A stretch of 63,222 nucleotides of DNA, taken from contig NW_027361954.1 in the NCBI RefSeq assembly GCF_039654945.1, forward strand, positions 779 to 64,000, given 5' to 3'. This stretch comes from Dendrobates tinctorius (taxonomy: Eukaryota). Positions within the stretch are counted from its first letter, which is position 1. Each line of letters opens with the position of its first letter. This document shows positions 14,501 to 26,026 of the stretch, piece after piece. Under the pieces are notes generated by a model that ran no database searches, was not told the origin of the DNA, and saw only the letters and a program-made list of their open reading frames with translations. The translations under genes were made by a program, and so were the position numbers.

Positions 14501-16191
14501 GGGATTTGATAATTACCGTCTCTCATCTGCTTCTGGACTCCCCTCCCGTTCAGCATGCTGCTCCATTTGGGGTGTTGCTGATGGTGCTGCTGCTGCATTT
14601 CTTTGGCGGCTGTTGAATAAAGAGAAACAAAGGGCCAATGAATATCTTGATATTCCATGGCCCTAGTTTGGAGGAATGGGGGATTTGATAATTACCGTCT
14701 CTCATCTGCTTCTGGACTCGCCTCCCGTTCAGCATGCTGCTCCATTTGGGGTGTTGCTGATGGTGCTGCTGCTGCAGATGTCTGCTGCCTTCTCCTGCGC
14801 CTGGTTGCTGTCTTGGGTGGCATGTTGGGTGTGGCTGAGGGTCCCATTGTCTTGCTTTTATATATCTCCTGTGGGCAGAGCTACTGAGCATGCTCAGACC
14901 AATTGCGGCGCTCATAGGCTTTCATTGTGTGAAAAAGCCGGACGCGCCGGATCCGGCGTGTCCGGCTTTTTCGCCGGAGACAAAAAACGTTACAGTAGAC
15001 GTTTTTTCCAGACGCCGGATCGCGACACATTGCGACACATTGCCGGATCCGGCGAAAACCGGATGAAACGCATGGCCATCCGGCGCGATCCGGCGCAAAT
15101 GCAAGTCAATGGGGGGGAAACCGGATCCGGCATTGCATTTCGCCGGATCCGGTTTCTGTCAAAAGCGCCGGATCGCGCCTGACGGCGAAAACCTGATGTG
15201 TGAAAGAGGCCTTATACTTTGAAACGCGTTGAATAAACCACCATCTTTTATTTCATCATATCTGGATTAATGTTTTGTTCAGCAGTGCAGATAATATCCT
15301 TATTCCATTATACTCTAGCGTCTGAGGTCAAATAGGGCAGATATCGAGGTTCTTCCAGAGATATCACAGTGGAAATCGTGGCTGTGGAATCAGTAACCCA
15401 AACCTCCGACTTCCCAGCCCTGGTCACTGCTGAGCATGTATATAAAGCGCAGCACAGATTCATCTCATCTACATCTCCACAGCACTGGTCACTACTGAGC
15501 ATGTATATAAAGTGCAGCACAGATTCATCTCATCTACATCTCCACAGCACTGGTCACTACTGAGCATGTACATAAAGTGCACCACAGATTCATCTCATCT
15601 ACATCTCCACAGCACTGGTCACTACTGAGCATGTACATAAAGTGCAGCACAGATTCATCTCAACTAAAAGCCCAGATCCTCAGATCAGGAACAGATCAGA
15701 CATTTATAGGACATTTTATAACTTTCCCAAATTCTCCTGAACACTTAACAGCACATTCTGCACTGTACTACTGCACCTAATGTATTATATATTTTCAGAG
15801 TCAGTCCAGTTTTTACCGACTCCACAGCCCTGGCAGACATCCGATTGTCTTCTTGTCACTTTATTTTACTTTGCTTCTCCAAATCTAAACACTTTAGGGG
15901 AAGCTAATTGGCTGCAGGGGGCACTGCAAGTCAGTATAAGGTCTAACTTTATTTATGCATATGGGATTAGCTAAAAAGCTGCAAATAACAAGTAGAGAAT
16001 GGTTCTTCTTTTTGTACACGTATTGCAGACACGCTTACCTCTTCACCCACGACTGTCTGATTACTCAGCTTAGCATCCTTCTGCTTTATGTCCGTTTCCC
16101 AGGTTTCTAGCTCTCTCATAAAGTCTTGCAGCTCCTCGGCATTCTGCTTCATTTGTAACTGCAACTCAAGAGCTTTGTTTGGAGAAGACAT
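8456..16191 (-). CDS. RPAP3: RNA polymerase II-associated protein 3, 5' coding portion (141 aa in three exons: 16191-16039, 9860-9717, 8581-8456); continues left of the window
   Basis: Spliced translation MSSPNKALELQLQMKQNAEELQDFMRELETWETDIKQKD...TLPPIRNKDY...DYDYWDKLDV DKALQELDKE...DTEKALAEKEK matches the vertebrate RPAP3 N-terminus up to the first TPR. All junctions are GT-AG, phase 0. Confidence 0.95.
9717..9860 (-). CDS. RPAP3: RPAP3 second coding exon (48 aa)
   Basis: TTTTCTTATAG acceptor, TLPPIRNKDYRKKKK...DYWDKLDV, GTAATT donor. Confidence 0.93.
10075..10417. mobile_element. Penelope-like non-autonomous fold-back element (284-bp perfect palindrome plus 60-bp tail)
   Basis: 10135-10418 is a palindrome centred on AACGTT (10274-10279); unpaired tail at 10075-10134; 15-bp TSD AACATTGCAGGACTT (10060-10074 and 10418-10432); AATAAA in each arm. 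Confidence 0.7.
10634..11155. mobile_element. Harbinger-type MITE
   Basis: TAA-GGGTTACTTCACACT ... AGTGTAACGGGAACC-TAA; imperfect TIRs and internal fold-backs. Confidence 0.65.
12271..14823 (-). CDS. Harbinger Myb/SANT-like (MADF) DNA-binding protein, 8 exons (14823-14696, 14609-14517, 14430-14298, 14226-14152, 14016-13933, 13837-13627, 13432-13276, 13171-12271), about 593 aa
   Basis: All introns are GT-AG with compatible phases. MADF signature LIDLVREREPLWN...RRLWEEI...NRWRSVRDRFKKE...YKYAQALSFL; BESS-like FFRSVVERMETLSPAQQMHV. TATA box near 14860, AATAAA at 12122-12127. The extreme C-terminus may be frameshifted (an alternative frame ends TPQYTDL* at 12140). Confidence 0.82.
13467..13591. 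mobile_element. Tiny hAT-type MITE inside an intron of the MADF gene
   Basis: CAGTGTTTCACAAACTCCAGTCCTC ... GAGGACTGGAGTTCGGGAAACACTG fold-back. Confidence 0.65.
15377..15832. mobile_element. Non-autonomous hAT element related to 4962-6833
   Basis: The right end CCGACTCCACAGCCCTG is identical to the hAT TIR; the left end is degenerate (CGTGGCTGTGGAATCAG); no TSD resolved. Confidence 0.6.
15421..15662. repeat. 65-bp minisatellite, about 3.7 copies
   Basis: Unit TGGTCACTACTGAGCATGTA...CTCCACAGCAC starts at 15421, 15486, 15551 and 15616. Confidence 0.9.
16039..16191 (-). CDS. RPAP3: RPAP3 first coding exon (51 aa; exon acceptor at 16204)
   Basis: TTTCTTTCAAG acceptor, ATG at 16191, GAG/GTAAGC donor. 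Confidence 0.95.
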
Positions 16192-16736
16192 GTTGGTGAT
16201 GTGCCTTGAAAGAAATATTATACATGTTACATATATCCATACGTACCTCCTCACAGCAACAAACAGAAAGCAAAACTATCCTACTACAACAAAATATCAG
16301 TGCTATAAGTGGGACAGCTTAGATACTGAGCAATAGCAAGGGAGCAAAGCCTTAAAGATGTCCGGTCTTCTGAGAAAAGACTGCAGTTACTCTATGTGAC
16401 GGCTGACTTCTGAATCATGACAGCATGTGGTGCCCGAGGTGCCAGGAGTCACCGGTATTGTCGGTGAGAGCGGGCGGTCATATGCCTGCAAATATGAGGT
16501 CACATGCCAACTAGATGTGCCGGACTTCTCTCAAATCACTTGCATAAAGTGAGGCCAAGTCTGTCTAATCAGGACATGGCTGGGAGTAAGTAAATCACAT
16601 TCCTGTGGACACGTGCCTGCCCGCTCTCACCAGTAATATCGGTGAATTCTGACAGCATATGCCCTGCAAACTGTAAAGATTCAAAAGTATGTGGTCAAAT
16701 AATGACTACAGACATCAGAAGACAGACAACCCTTAA

Positions 16737-17409
16737 ATTGAACCTGTCACGTCATTTTTCGCATCTACACTGACCCCAGTGTGTTATTGGTGCAATGTGC
16801 ATTACCAACAAGTTGTTTTCAATCAAAACGGCGCCGTAATGATCTCCAAAAATCACTTTGTATAGTTATATAGGACCTCTCCTTCAGTCATAGAGGCGGT
16901 GCTTCATTCTCTTTCAGTCACATGCTCGTCATATTGTTGATGCCCACGTACTCTGATTGATGTTCCGGGGTGCACAGACGTCATGGGAATCTGCTCTAAA
17001 ATCCAGCACTAGCTCAATGTCGCGCTGCTACCAGTGCTTGCGCAGTGATGAGTGTGGTCACAGATACCATGACTCGCAGCAGCTCCGGCGCATGCGCGCA
17101 CAGTCAATGAAACTGGCTATGTACACCCAGACTGTGCACATAAGCGGGGAGCCACTTCACACTGCGCAAATGCAGAGATTTGCAAGTTCGGGATTTTTAG
17201 GGAGTCGACAATATGACGAGCCTGTGACTGAAAGAAAATGAAGAGCCACCCCTATGACTGAAAGGGAAGAGTCTAGTATATAATTATACAAAGTGATTTT
17301 TGGAGATGATTACGGCGCCAATTTGAGTGAAAACGTGCTAGTGATGCACATTGCACCGATAACACGTTGGGAACAGTTTATTTGCTAAAAGGGACGTGAC
17401 AGGTTCCTT
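16737..17409. mobile_element. T2-family (TTAA-target) MITE
   Basis: TTAA..GAACCTGTCACGTC ... GACGTGACAGGTTCC..TTAA, with long imperfect internal inverted arms. Confidence 0.7.
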
Positions 17410-17546
17410 TTAAATGCAGAGCTGTCAGTATTATACACTACATGCACAGGATACAAGCCTTAATATATTGCATTACTGTCCATGGGGGTATATTATAATC
17501 ATATCATGGATACGTTATCATTAATGGTAACATTTGTAGGATAGAC

Positions 17547-17990
17547 ATGGAAGGTAAAGAAGTGGCTCAGGAGGACCTAGCAAGTAGCCGGGTTAATGTA
17601 GTTAGGGACCGTGGGAAAAGGTCTAAGAAAAGGAAAGCAGCTCCTGTTTCTGCACTTCTAAGGAAAATTGGGTGATGGTGCAAGGGTGTCATTGTCTGAA
17701 GTGGCCACCTTAGTTGATATTGCTCTCCTTAACAGCTGGAAGGCTGGTAATGGTAGGGGAACACAGTTGCTGGACATAAGGAATTCTTAAATCAAGAAGA
17801 TGGATAGAATCATTTATTGTGAAGACCACCTCAACTGTCCTCCTCGTGCCAGAGCTCGGGATGTGGTGGAACTGGTTGATAAATTATTGGTGGTGGAGGG
17901 GGGGGTGTATTGGTGATGATCCAGCTGTTGTGGTCCATGTGTGAGCCAATAACAGAATAAGTGGTTGGTGAGTGATCCTTAAGAATAATT
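17547..17990 (+). mobile_element. CR1 LINE ORF1 (esterase-domain) remnant
   Basis: Degenerate CPPRARARDVVELVDKLL...DPAVVVHV..N resembles the SGNH esterase of CR1 ORF1; many lesions. Confidence 0.55.
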
Positions 17991-19557
17991 TTACAGGGAA
18001 CCTGACGTCAGAAAAGGGCCAATAACCTGCAGGTTAATAGTATTAGTAACCTGCCTGGCACCTGCACGTAGCATAATGCTTGCGAGGTGAAAATGAACTT
18101 CATTCCCCCAGCAGCATGAGAATACAGCGCGACATCTATAACTGCACCCCTGACTGACACTGGCTCTGCATTAATGCCATCATTCTCATGGCCATCTGTG
18201 GTGAACTCACTGACTTTTTCTCACAGTGCTGAGATCACCACAGTTCAGCCCGGCTGGGAACGCAGCCCCAGTGATTGGCAATAACAGTGATGAGGTCACC
18301 GCTGGTCACTGACTCTATGCTCACAGAAGCTCATTCATCAGTAGTTCTCATCCTGGACAGTCGCATATTGGCACCGTCCAGGTTTAAAACAGTTTATCCC
18401 CAGACATGGATTACAGTGTGGCACAGAACAACGGACAGGTATGGTATATTGTTGTTTTATTACAGGAGAGAAGGGCTTCGGTGGAATTAGGCGTTAGGTG
18501 AGTATAAATGTGTTTGTTATTTTTAAACAAAAATGGAAATGTGTTTTATTTAAAAAAACAACAAAAAAAAAAACAACACTTTACTCTTGCTGTGTGTTTA
18601 TTTAACCTTCCAACTAGAGGATTAGTAATGGGGGTGACTATAGACTCCTCTCCATTATTAATCTGTGGGCTTGATGTCATCAGACAATACAAAGGTGACA
18701 TCAACCCCACAAACATTACCTCACTTGCCATCGCTACAGGACAAGTGGGAAGAGCCAGGCAAAGCGCCAGAATTGCTGTCTACTTCAGCAAGGCTGGTTG
18801 TCAAAAGTGAGGGGGACACCACATCTTTTTTTTTTTAACTTAAAAAAGAAAAAAAAAAAAAAACTATGTTGGGACCCCTCTATTCTTGATAACCAGCCTT
18901 GCTGAAGCTGACAGCTGAGGGTTGCAGTCTGCAGGTGTCAGTTTTGCCTGGTTGGTTATCAAAAATACAGGGGAAACCACTTTTTTTTTTTTTTTTAATT
19001 CATTTATTCATTGAGCAGGTGGCGGCTGATGAATGCTCCTATCAGCCATCGCCTGCTCTCACTGGTATTAGCGGCAGCAGGCGTAGGCTGATTGGAGTAG
19101 TAGTCCCATCAGCCACCGCCTACTCTTGCTGTTATCAGTTGAATATAACTCACTATTCTCCCCTGCTCGCGCTGATCACAGTACAAGCAGGGGAGAATGA
19201 GGAGAGCCGCCTTCAGCACCCGTCGCTGGGGAACAGCACTAACTGTACCGCGGATTCCCAGGTGCCGCTACGTGTCACACTTATGTCATCCGTGTGCATA
19301 TGTGCGAGATGCTTTGCTGCTAATAAAAACTAAACATGTCAGTGCATTTTGCCCATGAATACACGGTCCGTGGAAACACCCTGACATGCGAATGTGTGTA
19401 AGGATCGCTGGTACGTGTGAAAACTGTCACAAGTACCGGACACACTGACATCCGAAAGAGGCCTCACACATGGTAGGGTTGGATACATGAACGTACATTC
19501 ACAACTTAAAATCCTAGAGAATCCTTCTGCCATTTTTACCATATCAATAAAAAAATA

Positions 19558-22500
19558 AAAGATGGATTTTTGGTTCTTACCGTAAAATCTCTTTCTTGGA
19601 GCCTTCATTGGGGGACACAGAATACCATGGGTGTATGCTGCTGCTGCTAGGAGGCTGACACTATGCAAAACAAGAAAATTAGCTCCTCCCTGTCAGTATA
19701 CACCCACCGACAGGCACTAGGCACCTCAGTTGGTGAAAAAGCAGTAGGGGACGCAACGAAACCACTCTAAACATATGTACCAACCCAACAAGGGACTCAA
19801 AGACCCAACACGGTACAATTTAAACAGGGAGGGTGCTGTGTCCCCCAATGAAGGCTCCAAGAAAGAGATTTTACGGTAAGAACCAAAAATCCATCTTTCT
19901 TTATCGCCTTATTGGGGGACACAGAATACCATGGGACGTTCCAAAGCAGTCCCAAGGGCGGGAACAGCAATAAGGAACGAAAGAACAGGAAGGGCTTAGG
20001 TCGGCCGGTGCGCCACCGCCGCCTGCAGAACCTTCCTACCAACAACTGCATCAGACGCGGCCTGGGTATGAACCCTGTAGAACCTTGCAAAGGTGTGCAA
20101 GGACGACCAGGTAGCAGCCCTGCAAATTTGTAAGGCCGAGGCCTGGTGACGAACGGCCCACGACGCCGCCACGGCTCGGGTGGCATGAGCTCTCACTCCT
20201 GGAGAGGGCCGTTTTTCCTGTAGCCGGTACGCTTCCAGAATGGTAGAACGAATCCAGCGAGCGATCGTGGATTTGGATGCCGGAAGTCCTTTCCGGCGAC
20301 CTTCATAGATGACCAGCAAAGAATCGGACTGACGAAATGAAGAGGTCCTGGCGAGATAGACATGCAAGGCTCTAACTACGTCCAGCTTGTGGAGACTTCT
20401 CAAGAGAGTGAGAAGGAGGAGGACAAAAAGATGGAAGAACGATATCCTCGATGTGGAAAGAGGACACCACCTTCGGAAGAAAGGCAGGAACGGGCCTGAG
20501 GACGACCTTATCTTGATGGAGGACCAGGTAAGGGGAACGACATGACAATGCCGCCAGCTCAGAAACTCTTCTGATGGACGTAATGGCAAACAAGAAGATT
20601 ACCTTCCATGAGAGAAGGGACAACGGAATGTCCTGGATAGGCTCGAACGGCGCTAAGGACGAGATTGAGATCCCACGGTCTATCGGTGAATGATGAGGAG
20701 GAGCCACGTGGGCAACCCCTTGGAGAAAGGTCTTAACCTGCGACAAGGAAGCGAGCTTTCTTTGGAAGAGGATAGACAAAGCGGAAACCTGACCCTTGAG
20801 GGTACTGAGAGAGAGACCCGAATCTAAGCCAGACTGGAGAAAACCCAGTATGGACGGAATGAAAAAGGACATTGGAAAGACTTTCTTATCGTCGCACCAA
20901 CGGAAAAAAGCCTTCCAGTACCTGTGGTAGATGTGGGAAGAGGCTGGCTTTCTGGCTCTGATCATAGTCTGAATAACCTGGCTGGACAGACCTGATCCTT
21001 TCAGGATGGCGGCCTCAACGGCCATGCCGTTAAACTCAGAGACTGAGAATTCTCGTGGTAAAGGGGGCCTTGCGAGAGAAGGTCTGGAAGCCTCCAGGGA
21101 ACGTCTGCGAGCATGTTCAACAGCTCCACGTACCAAGGACGTCTTGGCCAGTCTGGCGCCACTAGAATCACTGGTACGCCTACCGATTTTATCTTTTTGA
21201 CCACTCGCGGGATCAAGGCAAGGGGTGGAAACAGATACGGAAGTTGGAACTGGGACCCTGGAATCACTAGGGCGTCGCAAGCTACGGCTAGGGGGTCCCT
21301 GGACCTGGCCACGAAGCGCGGAACTTTGTCGTTCATCCGAGATGCCATGAGATCGATATCCGGAGTGCTCCAGCGCTGGCATATCTGATCGAAGACTGTG
21401 GGATGAAGAGCCCATTCGCCTGATGCTAGGCCTTGACGACTCAAAGTCGGCTGCCCAGTTTTCCACCCGTGGAATGTGAACGGCGGAGATTGCCGGAACG
21501 TAACGTTCTGCCCAGCGCAGTATCTTGGCCACGTCTGACATGACTTGCTAGCTGCGAGTGCCCCCCTGGTGGTTTATGTACGCCACAGCCATGGCGTTGT
21601 CCGACTGAATGCGTAACGGCTTTGCCGATGAGGAGAGGCTGCCATTGAAGAAGGGCCAGGGAGATTGCTCTGATCTTCAGAAGATTGATAGGAAGATGAG
21701 CCTCCTGTGGACTCCAGCGTCCTTGGGCCGTTTTCTGATGGAACACCGCTCCCCATCCGAGAAGGCTGGCATCGGTGCTGATGACTTGCCACTGGAAAGG
21801 GAGAAAAGACCTCCCTTGTAGAACTGATGCTGGCATTGCCCACCAAGTCAGGGATTGCCTCACTCTGAGAGGGAGGAGAATGGGATGGTCCAAAGACAGC
21901 GTGGTCCTGACCCAGGCTGAAACAAGGGACAGCTGGAGGGGGCGAAGATGAAATTGTGCAAAGGGCACTGCTTCCATGGAAGCTACCATCTTCCCCAGAA
22001 CCTTCATGCAGAACCAAAGGGGAATGGGAGTTGGCCGTTTTAGGATTCTGATGCCTTTGGAAAGAGCCGCAAATTTGTCCCTCGGAAGAAACACCCGGGC
22101 TAGGTTCGTGTCGAATTCCATGCCTAGAAAGGTCAGACGCTGAGTGGGAATTAGAATGGACTTCTCTTTGTTGACTATCCATCCCAGACGGCGGAGAGTA
22201 TCCAGGGTTAACTGAAGACTCTGAAGGCAGTCTTGACGGGACGAGCCCTTGACCAAGAGATCATCCAGGAAAGGGATGATGAGGATCCCCCTGTAGCGAA
22301 GGATGGCCATGACAGTCACCATTACCTTCGTGAAAACACGGGAAGCGGAGGCTAGGCCGAAGGGAAGCGCCGTGAACTGGTAGTGATCTTTCTGAATCGC
22401 AAATCGAAGATATTTCTGATGTTGCACACAAACAGGAATGTGCAGATACGCATCCCGTATGTCCACAGAGCACAGGAATACCCCGGGTTACATTGAGTCT

Positions 22501-25194
22501 ATCACCGACCGACCGAAGGGACTCCATTTTGAAATGAAGAATCTTCACGTGGCGATTGAGCAACTTGAGGTCCAAGATCGGACGAAGGGAGCAGTCTTTC
22601 TTCGGGACTACGAAGAGATTTGAGTAGAACCCTGAAAACCGTTCGTTTGGGGGAACGGGAACAATCACTCCGGCGGAAAGTAGGGAGGGAAGCGAATTCG
22701 ATTTTGTATCCGGATGCGATGATTTCCCTGATCCAAGCGTCGTCGACAAGAGAGAGCCAAGCATCCACGAAAAAGGAAAGTCTGCCTCCCACCCTGGAAG
22801 AAATTCCAGGTGGGGGTGACCCGTCACTTAGGAGGAAAACCTGCCGGAACTGGCGCCTGAAGATCTGGAGTATTGTCCTCTAGATCTCCAGCGAGGAGCG
22901 GGTTTGTAAGGTTTTTTCTGCTCCAGCTCCCTGGTGGTGGACTGACGATCTTGCTGGGCAGATCTTTCCGTGGAAGAGAAGGGATGAAAGGGCCTGGAAC
23001 GGCCGAAAACCCTTTCTGTTGAAAAAACGTTATGGTCGAGACTGGGGGCGAGAGTTGCTTTTACCACCCGTGGCATCGGAGATTATCTGATCCAGCTTGG
23101 CTCCGAAGAGCCTAGAGCCCTGGAATGGAAGATTAGTAAGCGACTTTTTTTGAAGTAGTATCCGCATTCCATGACTTTAGCCAAAGGACTCTGCGTATAG
23201 CTACTATGTTGCTGTTAGCCCTTGCTACGCAGCCGGCCGCGTCCAAGGAGGCGGCTAAAAGATATTTTACCGCATGGTTAATCTGATCCGCTAGATCTGC
23301 CAACTCATCTTGAGGAGCTGTCGCTAAGACGCCCCTGCGAAGAATTTTTGCCCAAGCGGAAATGACTTTCGCCACCCAGGCGGATGCAAAAATAGGGCAG
23401 AGGGAGGCCCCGGCTGCCTCAAAGATTGAATCTCTGGCTAAATCTATCTGCCTGTCAGTAGGATCTTTGAGCGATGCCCCATCTGGAAGGGATAGAACCA
23501 TTTTTGAGGCTATCCGGGAAACTGGGGGATCCACCTCGGGAGCCTTAGTCCACTTTGTGAGCAGGTCTGCATCAAAGGGGTACAGCACGTCTAAGTACTT
23601 GCGGACTGAGAAACGTTGCTTCGGGCGCTCCCAGTGTTTGGACAAGGTAGTATCGAACTCTTTGTGATTGGGAAAGGTTCGAGATGAGGCCTTGCTCGTT
23701 TAAAGAGAACAGAGCATTCCTGAGGGGAAGCCTTATCTTGCTTAATTTTAAGGGTTTGGAAGATAGCCGAAATGAGACTATCAACCATGTCCCGTGTTTT
23801 AGAAACGCTGTCTGCTTCTGAACTAGATACTGATTGAGAGTCATCGCCAGACTTAAGGTCGTCATCCGAGGAAGAAGGGAGCCTGGGAGAAGTAGAAGGA
23901 CCCTGCGAGCTAGAGGACGAATTAGATAAGGCTTGCTTCCTAGAACTCCTGCCCTGTCTGTCTCTCTGAAGGTCGCGGTCAGGTGCGGACGACTCACCCT
24001 GAGAGGCGGTCGGAGCACAGGTGGCTGTAGATAGCTAAGGTAATCCTTCTAAGACCTGGACCAGCGACTGAGAAACTTTTGTCAAGTCAGATACTGACTG
24101 AGACATTAAAACGGCCCACTCCGGGGGGGGGTGGAGTGTCCACAGGCAGGGACTCGGTGCGCTCCTGAGATGCAGACATAGTGGAAGGACTGCAGGATGG
24201 GCAGAAGGGGGACGACTGACCCGATGCCCACTTCTTTTTACTGCACGCGCAGGCGTGATGGGTAGCGGTGGGCCTGAAGCAGAGATCCCCTGAAGGGTTG
24301 GGCATAAGTAAACTGTGCTGAATGGCCGAAGGAATTAGGGAAGAACTGCCGAGGAGAGCTAATTCCAGCCTCAGAGCAGAGCCTACCGAGATTCAGGCGA
24401 GCAGCAGAAACGACGAAGTGTCCCCCAAGCAGCGCAGGAAGAGAAGTGAAAACCCAGGAAATGCTTGATGATGGAAGTTGGGGGCGGAGCTTAGCGGCTG
24501 AGCCGCGATTGGATAAGAGCAGCGGGGGGAGGGGGAGGCGAGGAGGAGGGCTGGCCAGGCCAAAGAGAAGGAGCCCTGTGATGGGCTAGAAAAAGCGCGA
24601 CAGAAAGCGCGCTCAGAAGGAGGAGTGAGCGCGCTGAGAGCGGCGAAAGTGAAACTGACGTCGCCGCAGCCCCATGCATGATAACTCAGGACAATAAAAA
24701 ATGCCGCTATTAAGGTATCTATGCCCGCAGATTTCTTGAAATCCCTCCCCAGGCCATGTGCTGTGCCCCCATGAATATAGAAAGGGAGGCGCGCGCTGAT
24801 GAGAGCGGTGCGCGGCAGGCAGGGGAAAGAGGCGGGAGATTCAAATGCCAATGGGTTCTGAGAGTTGCGATGTGGGATCCGCCACACTGCTCGCTCAGCC
24901 GCCTGATATGGGAAAGCAGGGTGAAACTTACACCCTGTTTCCAGACTTGAATCTGAAAAACAAAAGACAAAGAATTAAAACGTTCTACTAGAAAACCTAA
25001 GGAAAAAAGTTAACTGCGGATCTGGGGAGATCCCGATCTGCCTCCTACAGACACTAAGCACAAACTGAGGTACTTGGTGCCTGTCGGTGGGTGTATACTG
25101 CCGGGGAGGAGCTAATTTTCTTGTTTTGCATAATGTCAGCCTCCTAGCAGCATACACCCATGGTAATGTGTCCCCCAATAAGGCGATAAAGAAA
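19558..25194 (-). mobile_element. DIRS (tyrosine-recombinase) retrotransposon, full length but frameshifted
   Basis: Inverted terminal repeats (about 19610-19735 and 25063-25180) and an internal complementary region at 19837-19935 joining both ends. Remnants of gag (22828-24305), RT (FLDD), RNase H (TDAS), methyltransferase (DLMAS..YLFPP; 21001-22800) and YR (HATR, ATW, FY; 19996-21030). Confidence 0.93.
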
Positions 25195-25675
25195 TTAGAA
25201 TTACCCTTGTTTGTAGGGTTTTTTGTCACAATTTCACACCATGAACAATTAATGGTGATATTCAAAACTCCATCTCATTCCCCGGAATAAGAAGCCCATG
25301 TATGGGGACAACAGAATAAGAGGTATGGCTCTTGGAAGAAAGAGAGCGCAAGAATGGAGACTGTCCAGGCCTGACAGGTACTACACGGGGGAGAGGCCTT
25401 GTCATGTGTCTACAGCACATGGCGGCTTCCTCACACTGCGGGGACGTCCTGGACAGTACCAGACCCAACCGTAGCCAGGTGGGGGCACTGTGCCTGACAG
25501 AGGAGGCATGCTTCTCTAGTGTACAGCCCCTAGTATACATAACCTCGTGCTGTGCGCACAGTAAGGCACAATACAGACACCCTGCACAATGCCACACGCT
25601 CCGCCGGGCAGCACACGTGACTGGCATGGCATAGTACACCTACAGCCGTAAAGCAGACCCGTGCCTGTCACTCAC

Positions 25676-26026
25676 CTCCAGCTTCTCCCGCAGCCGCTCG
25701 TCTCTCTTTAGTCTACTATCACTTCCCACTCAGTCCCGGCATGCTCTGCGCACACACTGTAGCCATAGAGACCAACGTCGCCAAACCACCTATCGCCGAA
25801 TTATGCAGCAGCGCACCCTAGTGACACGTCCGGTGTACTGCAACTTATCAGATACATACACAGAGCATGGGGAATTTGGAGACTTTAGTTTGCCACAAAT
25901 AAAAATGGCTGAACGTGTTCCGCGTGCTTAGCACGTCACGGAGTCACGCGTGCACACAGTCCAAGATGGCGGCTTCCTGTGCGGGCTCGGAGGGGTTCGT
26001 AAGAGAGTTGTAAAGGGGGAAGACAG
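25676..26026. promoter_or_regulatory. Bidirectional CpG-rich promoter shared by RPAP3 (minus) and ATP23 copy 1 (plus), including RPAP3 non-coding exon 1
   Basis: Minus-strand donor GAG/GTGAGT at 25675; ZNF143/Staf-like site GTCCCGGCATGCTCTGCG at 25733-25750; YY1-like AAAATGGCT (25902) and CAAGATGGCGGC (25962); elevated CpG. Confidence 0.7.

Larger units (their letters stand above)
11371..15211 (-). mobile_element. Harbinger/PIF DNA transposon, deletion derivative retaining only the Myb/MADF gene
   Basis: TIRs of about 46 bp (GGCTACTTTCACACATCAGGTTTTCG... and its complement) with TTA TSD at 11368-11370 and 15212-15214. No DDE transposase ORF was found. Confidence 0.9.
11214..15350 (+). mobile_element. 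Short Penelope-like fold-back element split by the Harbinger insertion
   Basis: 11214-11326 and 15211-15324 are inverted copies of each other. Removing the Harbinger reconstitutes TTC-CTGATGA-AGTA..TACTTT-GAAAC-GC-GTT-GAA, a hammerhead core, followed by AATAAA. Confidence 0.7.

Noticed and set aside
15421-15662. Regular repeats resembling a CRISPR array
   Set aside because: These are head-to-tail 65-bp units with no unique spacers, in a eukaryotic context with no cas genes.
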